A stretch of DNA of 64,000 nt, from the NCBI GenBank assembly GCA_012295275.1, contig CM022678.1, positions 10,106,001 through 10,170,000 on the forward strand, given 5' to 3'. A program made the position numbers and the translations under genes. Origin of the DNA: Chrysomallon squamiferum (lineage: Eukaryota > Animalia > Mollusca). How positions within the stretch are numbered: the first letter of the stretch is position 1; each line of letters opens with the position of its first letter. Shown here one piece after another: positions 1 through 15,700 of this stretch. The notes beneath the pieces are model-generated. The model was not told the origin of the DNA. It was given only the letters and a program-made list of their open reading frames with translations, and ran no database searches.

Positions 1-708
1 TTACCTCCTCCTTTCATGCTAAATTCACAGCCACTCCTCAAAAACACACAAGCACATTCACATACATATATATCTGTAACAGAACAATGTACTCCATTTG
101 CATACCTATATGCCAACACCAATTTCCATATATACATGTACCAACCTGTCATTTTCTTTTTTTATCTATCTTTCACATTTTGATCCATCAACCTGCTGAG
201 TTATCTATCTACACACACATCTACCTATCTACCTACCTATCTGCTCCTTCTATCTTATGTATTTTTCTTTTATCTTGTCCATCCATGCATGTACCAACAC
301 ATAACCATCCACCAATCATCTACCCAACTCCCTGCCTACCTACATATCTAACTATGTCTACATACCTACATTACAACCTGTCTTTCTGTTTATCCATCTA
401 CAAACACTCTATATCTGCATAACTTTATATATTTTCTTTCTCATTTTCCAAATTAGTTGTTATGATCACTGTGTATCTTCCTCTCTGTTAATTTAGCTAT
501 GGTCTGTCTTCTATCTTATTATTCCATTTTTACCATCTATCTATTATGACTACTTATCAAGCTGACTGTTTCTCATGCAGTCTGTATGATCTACATCTAT
601 GTATCAATCCATCATCTATCTTTCCATCCATCTGTTCATCTGTCAGTGCTTACAGACATTTTTAAAACTTTTTATTAAATTTAAAATAAAGAATATTTAT
701 CACTTAAC

Positions 709-989
709 CTGTTCTATAATTCTAAATATACAAAGAGCTTCTCTTCAAAGTAAATATTTTGAAATCATCTCTTAGATTCAGTTATCTGGTATACCTTTAC
801 CTCCACCCTATTTTCTCTAATACATTTATTTAAAAAGGGCACTTACCTGGAACCCCATCCATATTTCTTCCTCTCTACTGGGCTTTTTGTTTACAATAAA
901 AGTTGGTATAACCTTTACATCTCTTCTTTTCAATATCAATGATATAGGTAATAATACATCTCCTTAATTTCAGGTCTTCTCACTTCTTC
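709..989 (-). pseudogene. Copy A of two exons of the same unidentified minus-strand pseudogene
   Basis: Near-identical to 16056-16336, with a GTAAGT donor at 841-847 on the minus strand. The gene would continue left of the window. Confidence 0.55.
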
Positions 990-1123
990 CTTTTTAATAG
1001 AAAAAAAATAAAAGACATGAATCTTCACTTTGCACTATGGACTGTGCATTTTATAAAGTTAAGAGATTTAATTTGCTGCTTTATGAGCTTTCCAAAAACT
1101 TAAATAAGGAAAAAGTAATAACA

Positions 1124-1154
<31 letters not shown>

Positions 1155-1430
1155 GTACATATCACCTTAATTATGGACTGTGAAGAATGTATATTTTACT
1201 CAATTTACTTTTTCACTGTTGATTATAAAATTAGTATACTCTTATTATACATTTTTTAAAATAAGTTTATTTATTTATTTATTTAATTTTTATTTTGTAT
1301 TGTGAATGAAACTGGTTTGGAAAATCAATATTTATACTTTTTCCATTGTTAATAATGAAAAATACATAGATTGTTCAGTATTAATTTTCAAATTTAATTT
1401 TTATTTATTTATTTATTTTACTTTTTCTGA

Positions 1431-1488
<58 letters not shown>

Positions 1489-2165
1489 TAAAATAAATAA
1501 ATAAATAAATAAATAAAATAAAATTTTTAAAAGTTTGTTTAGTTTAAATTTCTGTTGGTATAACCTTTACATCTCTTCTTTTCAATATCAGTGATATAGG
1601 TAATAATACATCTCCTTAATTTCAGGTCTTCTCACTTCTTCCTTTTTAATAGAAAAAAAAAGACACGAATCTTCACTTTTCACTATGGACTGTGCATTTT
1701 ATAAAGTTAAGACTGAGATTTAATCTGCTGCTTTATGAGCTTTCCAAAAACTTAAATAAGGAAAAAGTAATAACACTTTAATTTTGTATTTTTTTTTTGT
1801 ACATGTCACATTAATTATGGACTGTGAAGAATGTATATTTTACTCAATTTACTTTTTCACTGTTGATTATATAATTATACCATACATTTTTTTTAAATAA
1901 GTTTATTTATTCATTTATTTAATTTTTTTTTTTTTGTATTGTGAATGAAACCTTTTTGGAAAATCAATATTTATATTTTTTCCATTGTTAATAATGAAAA
2001 ATACATAGATTGTTCAGTATTGATTTTCATATTTAATTTTATTTATTTATTTATTTTAATTTTTCTGAAATAATAATAATAAATAAATAAAATAAATAAA
2101 TAAATAAATAAATAAATAAAATAAAATAAAATTTTAAAAAGTTTGTTTAGTTTAAATTTCTGTTG
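902..2165 (+). repeat. Internal ~650-bp tandem duplication (also present at ~16249-17528)
   Basis: GTTGGTATAACCTTTACATCTC occurs at 902 and 1554, and both units end AGTTTAAATTTCTGTTG. Confidence 0.9.
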
Positions 2166-2240
2166 TTTAAGAAAATGAGAACTGATATAAACACTACAAT
2201 CTTAGAGGTTCTTAGGTCCGAATAATGAGCGTTCCCAATC

Positions 2241-2273
<33 letters not shown>

Positions 2274-2277
2274 CTAC

Positions 2278-2490
2278 CTTCCTGTCATTACCATTATTAA
2301 TAAGTGAATATTTCTTATCAGCGAATTCAAAATTATCTGTTATCGTTCAATAGTAAACGAAGATTAAAATGTTTTTCTAGCACACGCGAAGTGACGTGCG
2401 AGGCGGAAATGAGTCTCGATTACGATATTAGTTTCAAGTCATCCAAAAGGAAAAAGACTACCGTGTATCAAACATTTCGGAGGCGAAGAC
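2278..2490. promoter_or_regulatory. Putative bidirectional CpG-rich promoter / first-exon region, copy A
   Basis: A cluster of CpGs in otherwise CpG-poor DNA, with a CRE-like GTGACGT (2391-2397) and an ETS-like GCGGAA. Possible + strand ATG at 2409 (MSLDYDISFKSSKRKK) and a minus-strand donor AG|GTAGGC at 2277-2272. Confidence 0.45.
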
Positions 2491-3033
2491 AAAATAAAAA
2501 CCTTTATCTTTTTATACTCTTTAATACTGTTAAATCTCGTTAAAACATGAATCTCTTATTTCTTGATATCATGAGGCATATCTAATCACTGTAAGATTGT
2601 CGTTTAACTAACAGAAAACTACATTAATTTCTCCTTTATTTTTAACATATTTATTTTAAAAAAAAAGTCTTCTGCTACCATTACAGCCGTTTATACGATA
2701 AAACTAATATTCAGATAAAGAATTTTTTTTCTTTTATTATAAATACATTAGCTTACTTTATCACATTCTGAAAAAATGTTCAGCCGATAACTTGATTATC
2801 ACCTATAATTTAGTATTCTATAGTTTCATTAACTATTAACACCTTTATTTTTGTTTGTTTATTTATTTATTTTTAGCTAGGTTTTAAATTTATCAGGAAA
2901 CAGTTTTGGACCCCAGGCTTTCCGAGCTGTGTGTTTGGCAATGTGTTCCTTAGCCTCACCACCAACAAAACAGACACTGAGAGTGCTGTGAGTAATCGCA
3001 GTTATCACTGTTTTATACTACTACTACTACTAT

Positions 3034-3074
<41 letters not shown>

Positions 3075-3507
3075 ATAATAATAATAATAGTAATAGTGAT
3101 AATAGTAATAATAAAACCCAATAACAAGAAATTATTTTTATAATTTTATGTTTATATAATTGTGAAAAACAAATTCTTGTTTTCTCTTCTTCATGTTCTT
3201 CTTCATTGTCTTCTTCTTCTTCTTCTTCTTCTTTCTTATTATTATTATTATTGTCATTGTTATTGTTATTGTTATTATTAATATTATTATTGTCATTGTT
3301 ATTGTTATTATTAATTGTCCAGTATTACAGTTAGCTACTAATATTGCTACTTGTGCTATTACCACTGTTACTACTGTTATTCTACTACTGAAAAAATTGT
3401 TACTAACAGTGACTTTCAACACACTAAATCTATTACCAATAATTATCTATCTATTTACCACTATGTCTGTTACTGCTATTTCTAAGCATGTTAATGCTTT
3501 GTTCTAT

Positions 3508-3550
<43 letters not shown>

Positions 3551-4454
3551 GTGGTGTCTGCAGTTATTTACTAACTCCTCTTATTGTATTTACTACTACT
3601 ATTCAACCTAAACTAATTCTACCACAGTTATCACTATCACCGTTAATGCTGCAATGACTACTACTAGTACTGTTACTACTAATACTACAACTATTACCAC
3701 TAGTACTATTACTACTACTGTTACTACTAATACTAGAACTATTACCACTATTACTACTCCTAGTGTTGTTACGAATTCTGCTGCTGCTGCTTCTACTACT
3801 ACTACAACAACAGCAACTTCTACTACTGCTGCCAATGCTACTACTACTGTTATTAATACTAAAACTACTACAACTATTGCTGTGTCAAATACTATAACCA
3901 ACAGTACCATTGTTACTACTAGTTCTATTGCTAGTATTACTACAACTACTACAACAACTACAACTATATATCTGCTGTTGTTACTATTACTACTGTTAAA
4001 ACATTATGATGTCTTCTACTAACTACCTTTTTCATTATATATATATATTTTCAATTTATTAACTTTCTTATTTATTTATTTATTTATTTTTCTATTTATT
4101 TATTTATTTATCATATTTTCTGAACTTTTTCTTTTTTCTTTTTCTGCTGATAGTTAAGATATAGTTGCCAAGTTTCTTAATACTATTTTTCATTTATTTC
4201 AGGTATTCCAGAATCCAAATCAGACACAAGTTCTGTACAGGAATTACGTCTGAACTGCAGTTGTTTAACCAACCAGCTGTTGGAGTTTCTGGTAGAACAT
4301 TTCCGTGTAAAACTCCTTTCTTTGAAAGATGTGGACATTGGAAATTGTCCTGATCTTTGTGTATCTGTCATTGACGATTTAGTTAAACTTATTTCAGGTA
4401 ATTGTTTTTTATTAAAGTAAACACTATTTTTGAATTTTATAAATGTTAAATAAT

Positions 4455-4558
<104 letters not shown>

Positions 4559-5295
4559 CCATCTCTGACTCTTTTCTCTGTCTCTCTCTTTCTGTCCATA
4601 TCTTATCTTCTGCCTATTCTATCTGTAAACATCTCTTTGTTTTTATTTTCTTATTTCTTTCTTTACCCATCTTTATCAACCTCATTCTACTTAACACTCT
4701 CTTCAATCTGTATTTTCTTTGTCAATCTGTGTGTGTGTGTGTCTGTGTGTGTGTGTCTGAAGTCTGTCAGTGGATTTGTCATCTGTTGTTGGTATTTAGT
4801 GTTAGTGGGTGTGTTTGTTTCTGTGTTTCTTTATTCGCTATCTTTTTCTCTATCTGTTTTTTTATGTGTGAGTATGTTTGTGCTAATCTGTTTCTACCTA
4901 AAAGAGAAATCTTTAATATTTTTTTTTCATTTTTGTTTTTATCAAGATAAATCAAATCAAAGTTCTGTTGAAAGGCTGATGTAAGCTGATTGACTACCAA
5001 AGAAACTGGCCACAGAGAAATTTACAAACCTGAAATATGTCAATTTAAGAAAAGCAAAGTTCAACTCAAGTACTTTTGGACAATTGCCTTTGTTGATGTC
5101 ACTGACTCAGCTAGCAACCATTAACTTAGATGGGTTGAGAATGGCTGGTACAGATGCAGTGAAAGCCATTTGTTGTCAGTAGTAGCCATTTGATTCATTA
5201 GAAGTAACTGTTACCTATTTTAATTTTGTAAATGTTTTAAAATAATTATGTAATTTGATTATTTCTGCATTATGAATATAAATAAATTAACACAG

Positions 5296-5335
<40 letters not shown>

Positions 5336-5625
5336 ATGCATAACCAATAACTTCCTTAAAATGTAAATTCAGTTTATAAATGAAGTTTCTTGGTTAAACT
5401 GACTCTGTTACTCTGTCTAATTTTAGAAACTCTACCAAACAGTCATGTGACAGCTTTAAGCTTGCTCATTGGCTGATGCACTCAGAAATCCTGCGCACCT
5501 GCTCAAGCTTTCATCCAGTTGGATTATGGATGTGTTAATAACACAGTTTGCAGAGTCCATCTTGAAACAAAAGAAACATCCACTTAGTGTTCTTGATGAT
5601 GCTGTATGTTTTCTTTATTTTCTCT

Positions 5626-5658
<33 letters not shown>

Positions 5659-6185
5659 TTATTTGTTCTTGTTTGTTTTGGTTGTTGGTCTAGGTATATT
5701 TTTGTATGATGCAACTATCATAAGTGTATAAAGAATACTTTTATAAATATTATTTTAATTCTGAAGAGAAATCTGACAATATTATCACCAGAAATATGTT
5801 TTTTGTATTATTCTGTGTTTATTTTTTGTTTTTACTCTGTCTTTTTCTCAAATTGCATTTATATAGATACATAGCTATAAGCAATAGTGATAATTGCTAT
5901 CTGATAACAGTGTGTGTATGTGAAGAACTATTTTATGTTTCAGTGCTTGGTACAAAATACTCAGACCTGACATAACATTTTACACCCTGACCAGTACTGG
6001 CAGACCAGTACTGTCCTGGGTTCCTTAAGCAAGCACCAGTGACAGTGTTTACCATCTATTAATGTCCCACGTGTCTTGGAGGAATTTCCCAAGTACTTTA
6101 CATGTAAACAACAAGAAATAAACCTCAGACATGTTAATGGTGTTGATCTATCTTTAGATTGTGCATTTTGAGTTCAGTCCCTCAC

Positions 6186-6231
<46 letters not shown>

Positions 6232-6817
6232 GTAATAATAATAATAGTAATAGTAATAATAATAATAATAATAATATCTAACATAGTAGGATAGTGATAA
6301 TAAAAGCTAATGTAGTAAAGGAGTTAATATAGCTGTAGTTGTAGTAGGTAGTAGTAGAAGTAGTAATAATAACTAGTTTAGTAATAGTAGTGGTAGCAGC
6401 AGTAGTAATAAAAACTAGTTTAGTAATAGTAGTAGTAGCAGCAGTAGTAATAACTAGTTTAGTAATAGTAGTAGTAGCAGTAATAATAATAATAATAGCA
6501 CTTATGTAGTTTTAAAAGAGGTGCAGTAAGAACAGTAGCTGCTTCCTTACATTTTAAATTTGAAATTCAAGAATTTTAAGCATTTTTGTATTAATATTTG
6601 TTTCCTATCATGGAAGGATGGACTGTTGTCAGTGTTACCAGTTGTTGGAAAGTCATCACCATTGACAACGTTGTATCTTAACAACCAGAAGAAAAACTTA
6701 GAAGAAAATGAAATCGAAGAACTTGTCACAAAGTTGTTTGCTGCCATTGATAATAAATAAATTCATTTTGAAAAAAGAACAATAAAATAAATCAAGAATA
6801 AATAAATAAATAAATAG

Positions 6818-6903
6818 CCTAAACCTAATCCTTACCCATGTCCTAACACTAACACTAGTCCTAATCCTAATCCTAACTATAACTCTAACCTAAGCTAATC
6901 TAA
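6818..6903 (+). repeat. Degenerate (CCTAAN)n telomere-like hexamer tract (second copy ~22192-22277)
   Basis: CCTAAA CCTAAT ... CCTAAC ACTAAC ... CCTAAT CCTAAT CCTAAC. Confidence 0.6.
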
Positions 6904-7488
6904 TGGTAAAAATAAGAAAAAAAATAAGTAATACTAAATAAAAGGGTTTATTATTGTTAATGCTGTTGCTGTGTTGTTTTCTTTCTGAATTATTTATATA
7001 AATTTAATTAATTTCAAGGTCTCACTGTCAAGAAGTCAGGGGATAAAGTTGAATCATCTTGTAGTTGTCTCCCTTCAGTTGCAGACAGCTTCCTGATTAA
7101 ACTGACAGCACTTGGAGGACATCCTGGTAAACAGTTATATTTGTTTTTTATTTTTAACATTTATATGGATCATATTTATTGAAATTTGTCATCTCATTTA
7201 TTTATTTATTTATTTTGCTCTAGGAATGCTGGGTAATATGATGCACTGTCCAGCTATTCTCACAGATAAAGGAAACAGTCAACTTCTGACACTGTCACTA
7301 GGTGATGTCCTTGACATTGCAGCCATCTTGAAAGGTCATGGTGAGTGATTATGTAGTAATGTAGTAATAACAGTTCACAGCTATCTGTCTGTCTTACTGT
7401 GTGTCTGTCTGTAATAACAAACATCACATTCTGCTTATTTATGAATATTTATATTTGGTTGTCTCTCCCACTTGAAGCTTCTCTATGT

Positions 7489-7553
<65 letters not shown>

Positions 7554-7869
7554 CTTTGTTTGTTTTTTGTTTGTTTGTTTTTTATTTCTTTATAATTGTT
7601 GATTGTTAATATATTAAAATGGCAACCTATTATTTATATATATTGTTTTCTTCTTCTTTTAGAGACCTGTTATTTAATTGTGAATTTTATTGTTAGTAAT
7701 CTTATTTTGTATTATTATGATACTGTACCTTTTTATTGTTACTATAATGTAATTTCTTAATATGATTATTATTTTAACATTTTTTATTATTATTTTATGT
7801 ATTTGTCTTATTACAATTATTATTAATATTACTATTGTTATTAGTCTTATTATAATGTATTTTTGTTAT

Positions 7870-8655
7870 TATTACTACTACAACTGTTACAAATACTACT
7901 GTTGTTTCTATTGCTGTTACAACTGCTACTCCTACTCCTGCTACTACTACTGTTACTAAAACTACTACTACTACTACTACTACTACAACTATTACAAATA
8001 CTACTGTTGTTTCTATTGCTGTTACAACTACTACTCCTACTCCTCTCCTGCTACTACTACCTCTACTACCACTACTACTACTACTAGTACTACTACTACT
8101 GCTACAACTGTTACAAATACTACTGTTGTTTCTATTGCTGTTACAACTGCTACTCCTACTCCTGCTACTACTACTGTTACTAAAACTACTACTACTACAA
8201 CTATTACAAATACTACTGTTGTTTCTATTGCTGTTACAACTACTACTCCTACTCCTCTCCTGCTACTACTACCTCTACTACTACTACTAGTACTACCACA
8301 TCTACTACTACTACTACTGCTACAACTGTAACAAATACTACTGTTGTTTCTATTGCTGTTACAACTCCTACTCCTCTCCTGCTACTACTACTACTACAAC
8401 TGTTACTACAACTACTACTACTACTACTACTACTACTACAACTGTTACTACAACTACTACTACTACTACTACTACTACTACAACTGTTACTACAACTACT
8501 ACTACTACTACTACTACTACAACTATTACAAATACTACTGTTGTTTCTATTGCTCCTACTCCTACTCCTACTCCTCTCCTGCTACTACTACTGTTACTAA
8601 AACTACTACTACTACTACTACTACTACCACTACTGCTATAACTACTGCTACTGTT
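7870..8655 (+). repeat. Intronic (ACT)n-derived minisatellite (second copy ~23245-24035)
   Basis: Recurring ACAAATACTACTGTTGTTTCTATTGCTGTTACAACT unit embedded in ACT triplets. Confidence 0.85.
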
Positions 8656-8852
8656 TCAATTTGCCAGGATCCAGTTACTTGTTCAAACAGTGGAATAGCA
8701 TGGATACTGATGTCTGATTGTGTATCTGTAGACAAGGCTATAGATTATTACAACAGAGGAGAGGTATTCCATTTAAATCATCAGTGTTTGACTAATTATA
8801 TATAAATGTCATTTGATTTACCTACTACTCCCAGTCTGTCAGCTTCTCTCAC

Positions 8853-8902
<50 letters not shown>

Positions 8903-9465
8903 ATCTGCCTAGTTCTAGTAACTAAATATCTGTTTACCAGTGTCTACAATAACCGTTCTTTCTTTCTGTCTGTCTGTCTGGTTGTCTACATCAACAACCT
9001 ACCTATCTACCCAGTCTCTAAACAATGTTACTTAATAAATACATCTATGTATCTCTGTATTCTTGTGTTTTACATTTCTCTCTTTCTAACTTTCTGTCTG
9101 TCTGTAAGTCTGTGACTTTATCTAACTTAGTCTGTTTGTCTATCTAAATATCTACCTATGTGACTATCTATATGTATGTATGTCTAAACATGTAATCTGT
9201 AAATATCTGTTTTGGCAATTTTGTCTGTAAATATTTCTCCCAACTGTAACACTGTTCTTTAACACTAACAGTGATTATTATCAATAATTAAAAAAATGTG
9301 TTTATTGTTATCTAGGCTGACTGTTCATAGAGTCAAGAATTAACATTAAAGTTGATGATGTTAAAAGTACAGAACTGCAGGTAAAGGTCAGGTATAGTGA
9401 TGATGTCATTGTCTTTTTATTTCTCCTCACTATCTCTAATAATCCTAGTCTCTCTGATTTTCTCT

Positions 9466-9665
9466 NNNNNNNNNNNNNNNNNNNNNNNNNNNNNNNNNNN
9501 NNNNNNNNNNNNNNNNNNNNNNNNNNNNNNNNNNNNNNNNNNNNNNNNNNNNNNNNNNNNNNNNNNNNNNNNNNNNNNNNNNNNNNNNNNNNNNNNNNNN
9601 NNNNNNNNNNNNNNNNNNNNNNNNNNNNNNNNNNNNNNNNNNNNNNNNNNNNNNNNNNNNNNNNN
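9466..9665. other. Assembly gap (200 N)
   Basis: Run of exactly 200 N. Confidence 1.
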
Positions 9666-10179
9666 ATAATCTGGCTACAACAATACATTTCTCCAGAATA
9701 ATAATCTTTTAATCCCAAAAGATCAAAAGAATTCCAATTAATTACAAATATTTAATTGCTAACATTTTAAAATGTGATGATATAATTGATTCAAACCACA
9801 ATTAAGTCCTTTATATCTACAGATCTTTTTGTTATATTTTAAAAAATATATATATATTTTTTTATAACATTACATGACACCTGAATAAATTAATAAAAAA
9901 TAAACATTATTTGTGAATATCATTCAGTTCATTAGCTAGTTTATGTATATTATTCTAAGACAAAACAAAACTGCAGAGATTAAAATGCTGAAGTGTTATC
10001 TTGACCTGAACTGAACTTTTATCACCTACAAATCTGTAAGTAAGTCTATTAAAGTTAACAGATTTGAATCCTGAACGAGGAAGTGATCCAGCAGATAAAA
10101 CAAAATAATAATAATTGAAGAAAATAATGCAGATACTGCAACACTAACACAAAAACTAATCAACTCTGTGTCATCTCAT

Positions 10180-12679
10180 ATATAAAGTTTTGACTTGTAG
10201 GAAACAAGAGTTGTAAGGATTTACATCTGCTTCTTCCTGATCAATGACAATATATAACATAATTACCACCAACTTCATCACTATGCATTTGGAAGGTACA
10301 TTTTTCAGGAATATGATTTAACTTTTTATAAAACAGAATCAATAAATGAAATGCCGGTTTAGACAGGTTTTTGTATTATAGTGGTGGTAATGTTGCTATT
10401 ATATATTTTCAAATAATTTATTTAAAATACTATTTTATCTGATAAAAAAAAAAAAGCAAAAAAAAAAACCCATTAATAAAAAATATAAATTATTATTTTT
10501 TTTATATTTCAAACAAACTACATAATATATAATCTACTTACCTGAAAAGTCTTCATGTGTCTTTTAACCCAAGCTGGTCAAGAAAACCCCGTGAAATTAT
10601 GGACATCACAGGATCCAAACTTTGTGCTGGTGGCATGATAGCTACATTTAAACAACTATCTTGTTTCATGTATGAGTCACTGCTTCCTACTATTTGTTCA
10701 AGATCTGGCAATTTTGTGGATTTTGTACAGTCCCTTTGTTTTAGCCAGATTTATCTAAATATACAAATATAGAAAGAAAAATTAATAAAATAAAAATAAA
10801 ATAACAATAAATAAAAAATCTAAATCTTAATGTACATTAGTTAAAATATTTTTTTTACCTATTCCAGGCTAGGATTAATTTGCACAATAAAATCTTTGGG
10901 AAGAAAAATTTCAGTCATGGAAAATTAATATAAATTATCAATGAATTATACTTTAACAATGTTTTAATACTGACTTTATTTATCTGGATATGATGGTAAC
11001 ATTCAAGAAGAAGCAAAAATAACTTTAAAAAAAACTAAATCCTTTGCCTGAGCAAACCTTACAATTAATGGCCACTGGCCATTACAAGCCCTGCATTCAT
11101 ATTACACACGTACTTACACACATTACTGTTATTTATTATTATAAAACATGTTGATACCACTTACTTTAGAACAGGTCTCTGCTTTATTGACTTCCTCTGA
11201 CTGCCTAGTAACAGTATCAGATGAATTTGTCGGCTTCAGGTTTTTTTCTCAAAACCACCTGCAAAACCAGAAAGATTTAAAATTGTGATAGAATTATATC
11301 TCATAGGGAAAAAACAAAAACAAATTTATAAATACAAATTAATGAAAGGCTTTTAATCCCAAATCTGCATTAATTACTTCTGCTAGTTAGATTCTTCAAT
11401 AGAATGAAGGTCAGATCTGTAGCTGATGGATGCTATTAATTTAAATGTTATGATAAACATGCAGAGAAGTTTTGAATGCCAGTATTTAAAAAAAATAATA
11501 ATATAAATAAATTGAATATTAAAAATAAAATTAAAAATTAAATATAAATAAAAAGATACAAAGATAAAAGAGATAATAGTAAAGAAAAGTGAAGATAAAT
11601 TAAAATTCTCAAATTTATAGTGAAATAAATCAACATTAAAACAAAAATCATTGCATAATGCAGAACAGAATTGTTAAAAGTATTAAACTTGATTAAAAAA
11701 CCTGAAAGAAAAAAAAAAAAAAAACATGCAAATTTAAAGTAATAGAAAATCAAAACTTCTGTCTTAAAGCTTGTAATTTTAAACTTTTATTTGCAGTTGT
11801 AAAATTACTTAAAGTAAAAAATAAACAAATAAAGTATTTTCTAATAATCTAACAAACTGAAGAGGCAACATTTAACTGTAAATATTATAACCAAACTGAT
11901 TAAAACAAAAAACAGATGAATACAGAAATGGGACTGTACAAATTATTCATATTTTAATTACAATGAAAATAAATTTCTACTTTACAAACAAACAAATAAC
12001 AAAACACAAAATTGTAAATACCATATTTATTATAAAAATAATATTAATTTATTGCTATCTAAGTATTATTTCTATGAAATCTATGGAAAAATAAATAAAT
12101 ATATATTCAAAATAGCTAACCTGAAATATATTTTATTTGATAAATTTATTGAATTATATAAACATAAAACAACTTCCAGTAAGATATAACATGGAATTAA
12201 ACAAACAAACAATTGCATTTTCTTTGATATATTATTATAAAATTACTTTATGGTGAAAACTAAAATGTGAGTATGAAAAAGGAGTATTTATTTCCTAATT
12301 AAATTTTAATTGTTACTATCTTAATAAAAAAAAATAAGGCAAACAACTGTTCTTGAGCTTATACTTTGAAGTTATATCTCTTGATATTATTAAAATTCTA
12401 TATTCTGCAGGAATTTTTAAAAACTTTTCATATTTTATTACACTAATAAAATTGATGCTGAATTCTGTTTTAAAAAGATTATTTTGATTATTATTAAGTT
12501 TTGCTATGTTTATGCAAGTCATAACTTTACTTAAAAACTGTTAAGGTTTATTATGTCAAAAAGTGCAAGAGTTGGTAAAATTTTAAATTTATTGATTAAA
12601 AAGACATATATTTCCTTAATTGTTAAAAAAAAACTATATGATATAAAAATAGTTTCTCTTAAAAAAAAAAAATGGAGTA

Positions 12680-12717
<38 letters not shown>

Positions 12718-15700
12718 GTGAAAATAAATAAATATATGTGTATTGCTAGTTAATATTCTCAGTAACAGTAACGTGTGAACACAGAAAGTGAAGGTATGTT
12801 TGTTATAAATCTAAACATTTAACAATATTAAAAACAAAGTGTTTTATTTAACTGATTTTTATTAAGACCAATAGTAAATAAATAAATGAAATGTACAACA
12901 ATTAATGTTTTGACTTTAGTAAAAATAAAGAAGGAAACCTGCCAGTTGATAACCAAACTTACAAAAACATACTTCTTTACAATTACTGGCTAATGATAAA
13001 AAAATGTTCACCCATAAAAATAACCCATTAAAAAAAAATCTTATTACAAACAGTGTGTTTTTTCATCATCATTCTTATCTATTAATTTTATTTTACTGTG
13101 ATCATGTGTGAAAACATGATAGCAAAACATAATTAAAACTTTACTTACCTTTTCACTGCTAACATTTCCTGCATTTTCAGCTGGCTTATTGTCATCCATT
13201 CTGAAACACAAATAACACAGTAATAAATCAAATAAGTCAGCAGGTAATTTAAATATTTTGGAAAAATGCAAAGAATTACTAAGAAATGTATTTAAAATAA
13301 TTTAACAAAACAAAATCATTCATCGCAAATGCAGCTTGATGATTTACGGAGTTCACTGACAGGTTTCATACAGCAGTTTGGTCACAAGAAGGGAAGGACC
13401 TCTGCCTGTTACACTTACTGTTGAACACTGAAATACAAATTCACTACCTAGATCTTATTGTTTTATTTCATGCAGCTGCATATCACCATGACGAAAATGA
13501 CAAATGAGTTGAGAAAAGAAAACAAAGAAATAAAAGAACACTTAGCTACCTGGTCAAAGTATTTGTCATTGTGATGTTTATTATGGGTGAAACTCTGCTA
13601 TTGTCATCTTGACCATCACAGTGATCAGTGTCCTCCTGGATTAAGGTTGATAATTTTACTGAGGGTCTGAAAATGTAAGTTTTATGTTATTTAAGAGTCT
13701 GCATAGAAAAATAAATGATTTAGGGAAACAAAAAAGGGACAGACACAGAAAAAGAATATTAATTTTAAGGTTACATTCTGAAACAACCATAAAATAAAAA
13801 AGACCACAACATTTAGTGCAAAACTACTTAAAATTCTATAAATAAATATAATAAATACAAAAATGTTAATAACTATTTCTGTGTAACTTTTTCATAAACA
13901 GTGTAACTTTTAGTCACCACAGAAAATATATTAATATTTTTGGTTTCTCTGTTTCATCAATCAGCTTATATGTTGTTACTGCAAAATATTTTTAAATGCA
14001 GACCTCCTTTCAAACAAAAATGAAATTTTATTCTTCTTTTTCAAATATTTTCACTGGTCATTTCTGATAAATGATTTAATTAGACTTTCTAATAATTACT
14101 GACACTTATACAAGTATTGAACCTAAGCAGGTTTCTCATTCTTAAATAACATTCATCAAAATATTATTATCAGATATTAACAGCTCTACATCAACTAGCT
14201 AATTTTTGAAATATACTTTTTTTTCTTCTATTAATTAAAATAAGAAATAAATTAACTTATCTAACAATACAATAAAAGGAGTTTTAAAGACCAGATTATT
14301 CCTAGGAAAAACACACTTACTGATACTGTATGTCTATCATTGTGGGTTTATATGACAAAACTATTTACATATTTACTCTGGTGGGGAGGGATGACTCTGG
14401 TGCAATGTGAACAAATAAATATCTGATCAAAGGATACAGCTACTTTATTACTGTACAGATTCTACTGAATGTAAAAATAAAGCTAATATTTTGTACTTAT
14501 TTCTGTATTTTTTATTGATACGTCAAATATCAGTTTCAGTACACCACAAATAAACAAATCAGTTCATGTCAATTTGTCTTCAGTGTGTCCCATTATAACA
14601 TATGCTGTCTTAATCCAGCCCTATTTTAATTCTTTTTCAAAATATTAGAAATCTGAACCCAGTAATCAGTCTAATAATATAAAAATATTCAATTAATCTT
14701 TAAAAATATAATCAATAACTGGCTTTGTGCATTAATTATATTAACATTTCTGTCCATTTATACCACAAGTATATGCTCACATATTTAGCCATACTTCTCT
14801 GACACACAAGCATATGTACCTGCACTTTCTTATACATATACATGTGGTTACCATCAACTATCTAATATATATATATATATATATATGCGTATCTCTCTAT
14901 CTAAATATCTATCGGCCTATGTACATACTGATCTACCAACTGCCTATACATCTACTTATCTATCAATGGTTTATCTATTTTATCTATTTGTCTTTTATTT
15001 TAAATCTCCCTATCTATATTCTGTATGTCTGTCCATCTATAAACACTATATGTATGCCCATCCCCTCTGATTAGCCCTCAAAAATACACAATAAAATTTT
15101 CTCATACATGCATATATGCATTTATACATTAACTCCTCCTTTCACGTTAAATTCACAGCCACTCCTCAAAAACACACAAGCACATTCCCATTCACATGCA
15201 TACATATCTGTAACAGAACAATGTACTCCATTTGCATACCTATATGCCAACACCAATTTCCATATATGCATGTACCAACATGTCATTTTCTTTTTTTATC
15301 TATCTGTTCATATTCTGATCCATCAGTAACCATCCATAAATCATCTGTCCATCTCTGCAGCTACCTCCCTTACAACCTCTGTCTTTCTGTATGTCTGTCC
15401 AGTTATAACACAAGCACACTCTCATTACACACATGTTCTAGCACATCAAACACATATACCTGCACTTCCATATACATGTAGTTACCTATCTTCCTATCCA
15501 TCACTCTCTCTCTCTTTGTATCTGTCCATCAACCTGCTGAGTTATCTATCTACACACACACCTACCTATCTACCTACCTATCTGCTCCTTCTATCTTATG
15601 TATTTTTCTTTTATCTTGTCCATCCATGCATGTACCAACACATAACCATCCACCAATCATCTACCCAACTCCCTGCCTACCTACACATCTAACTATGTCC

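Noticed and set aside
3138-4022. Thr-rich or hydrophobic ORFs resembling mucins or membrane proteins (also 7863-8650, 18495-19296, 23224-24030, 39005-39370, 60450-60760)
   Set aside because: Degenerate trinucleotide repeats in introns or intergenic DNA, with no splice context and frames not conserved between duplicates.
6818-6903. Interstitial telomere
   Set aside because: Short and highly degenerate, with no run of perfect CCCTAA.
9308-9718. ORFs spanning N runs (also 61076-61516)
   Set aside because: Artefacts of translating through assembly gaps.
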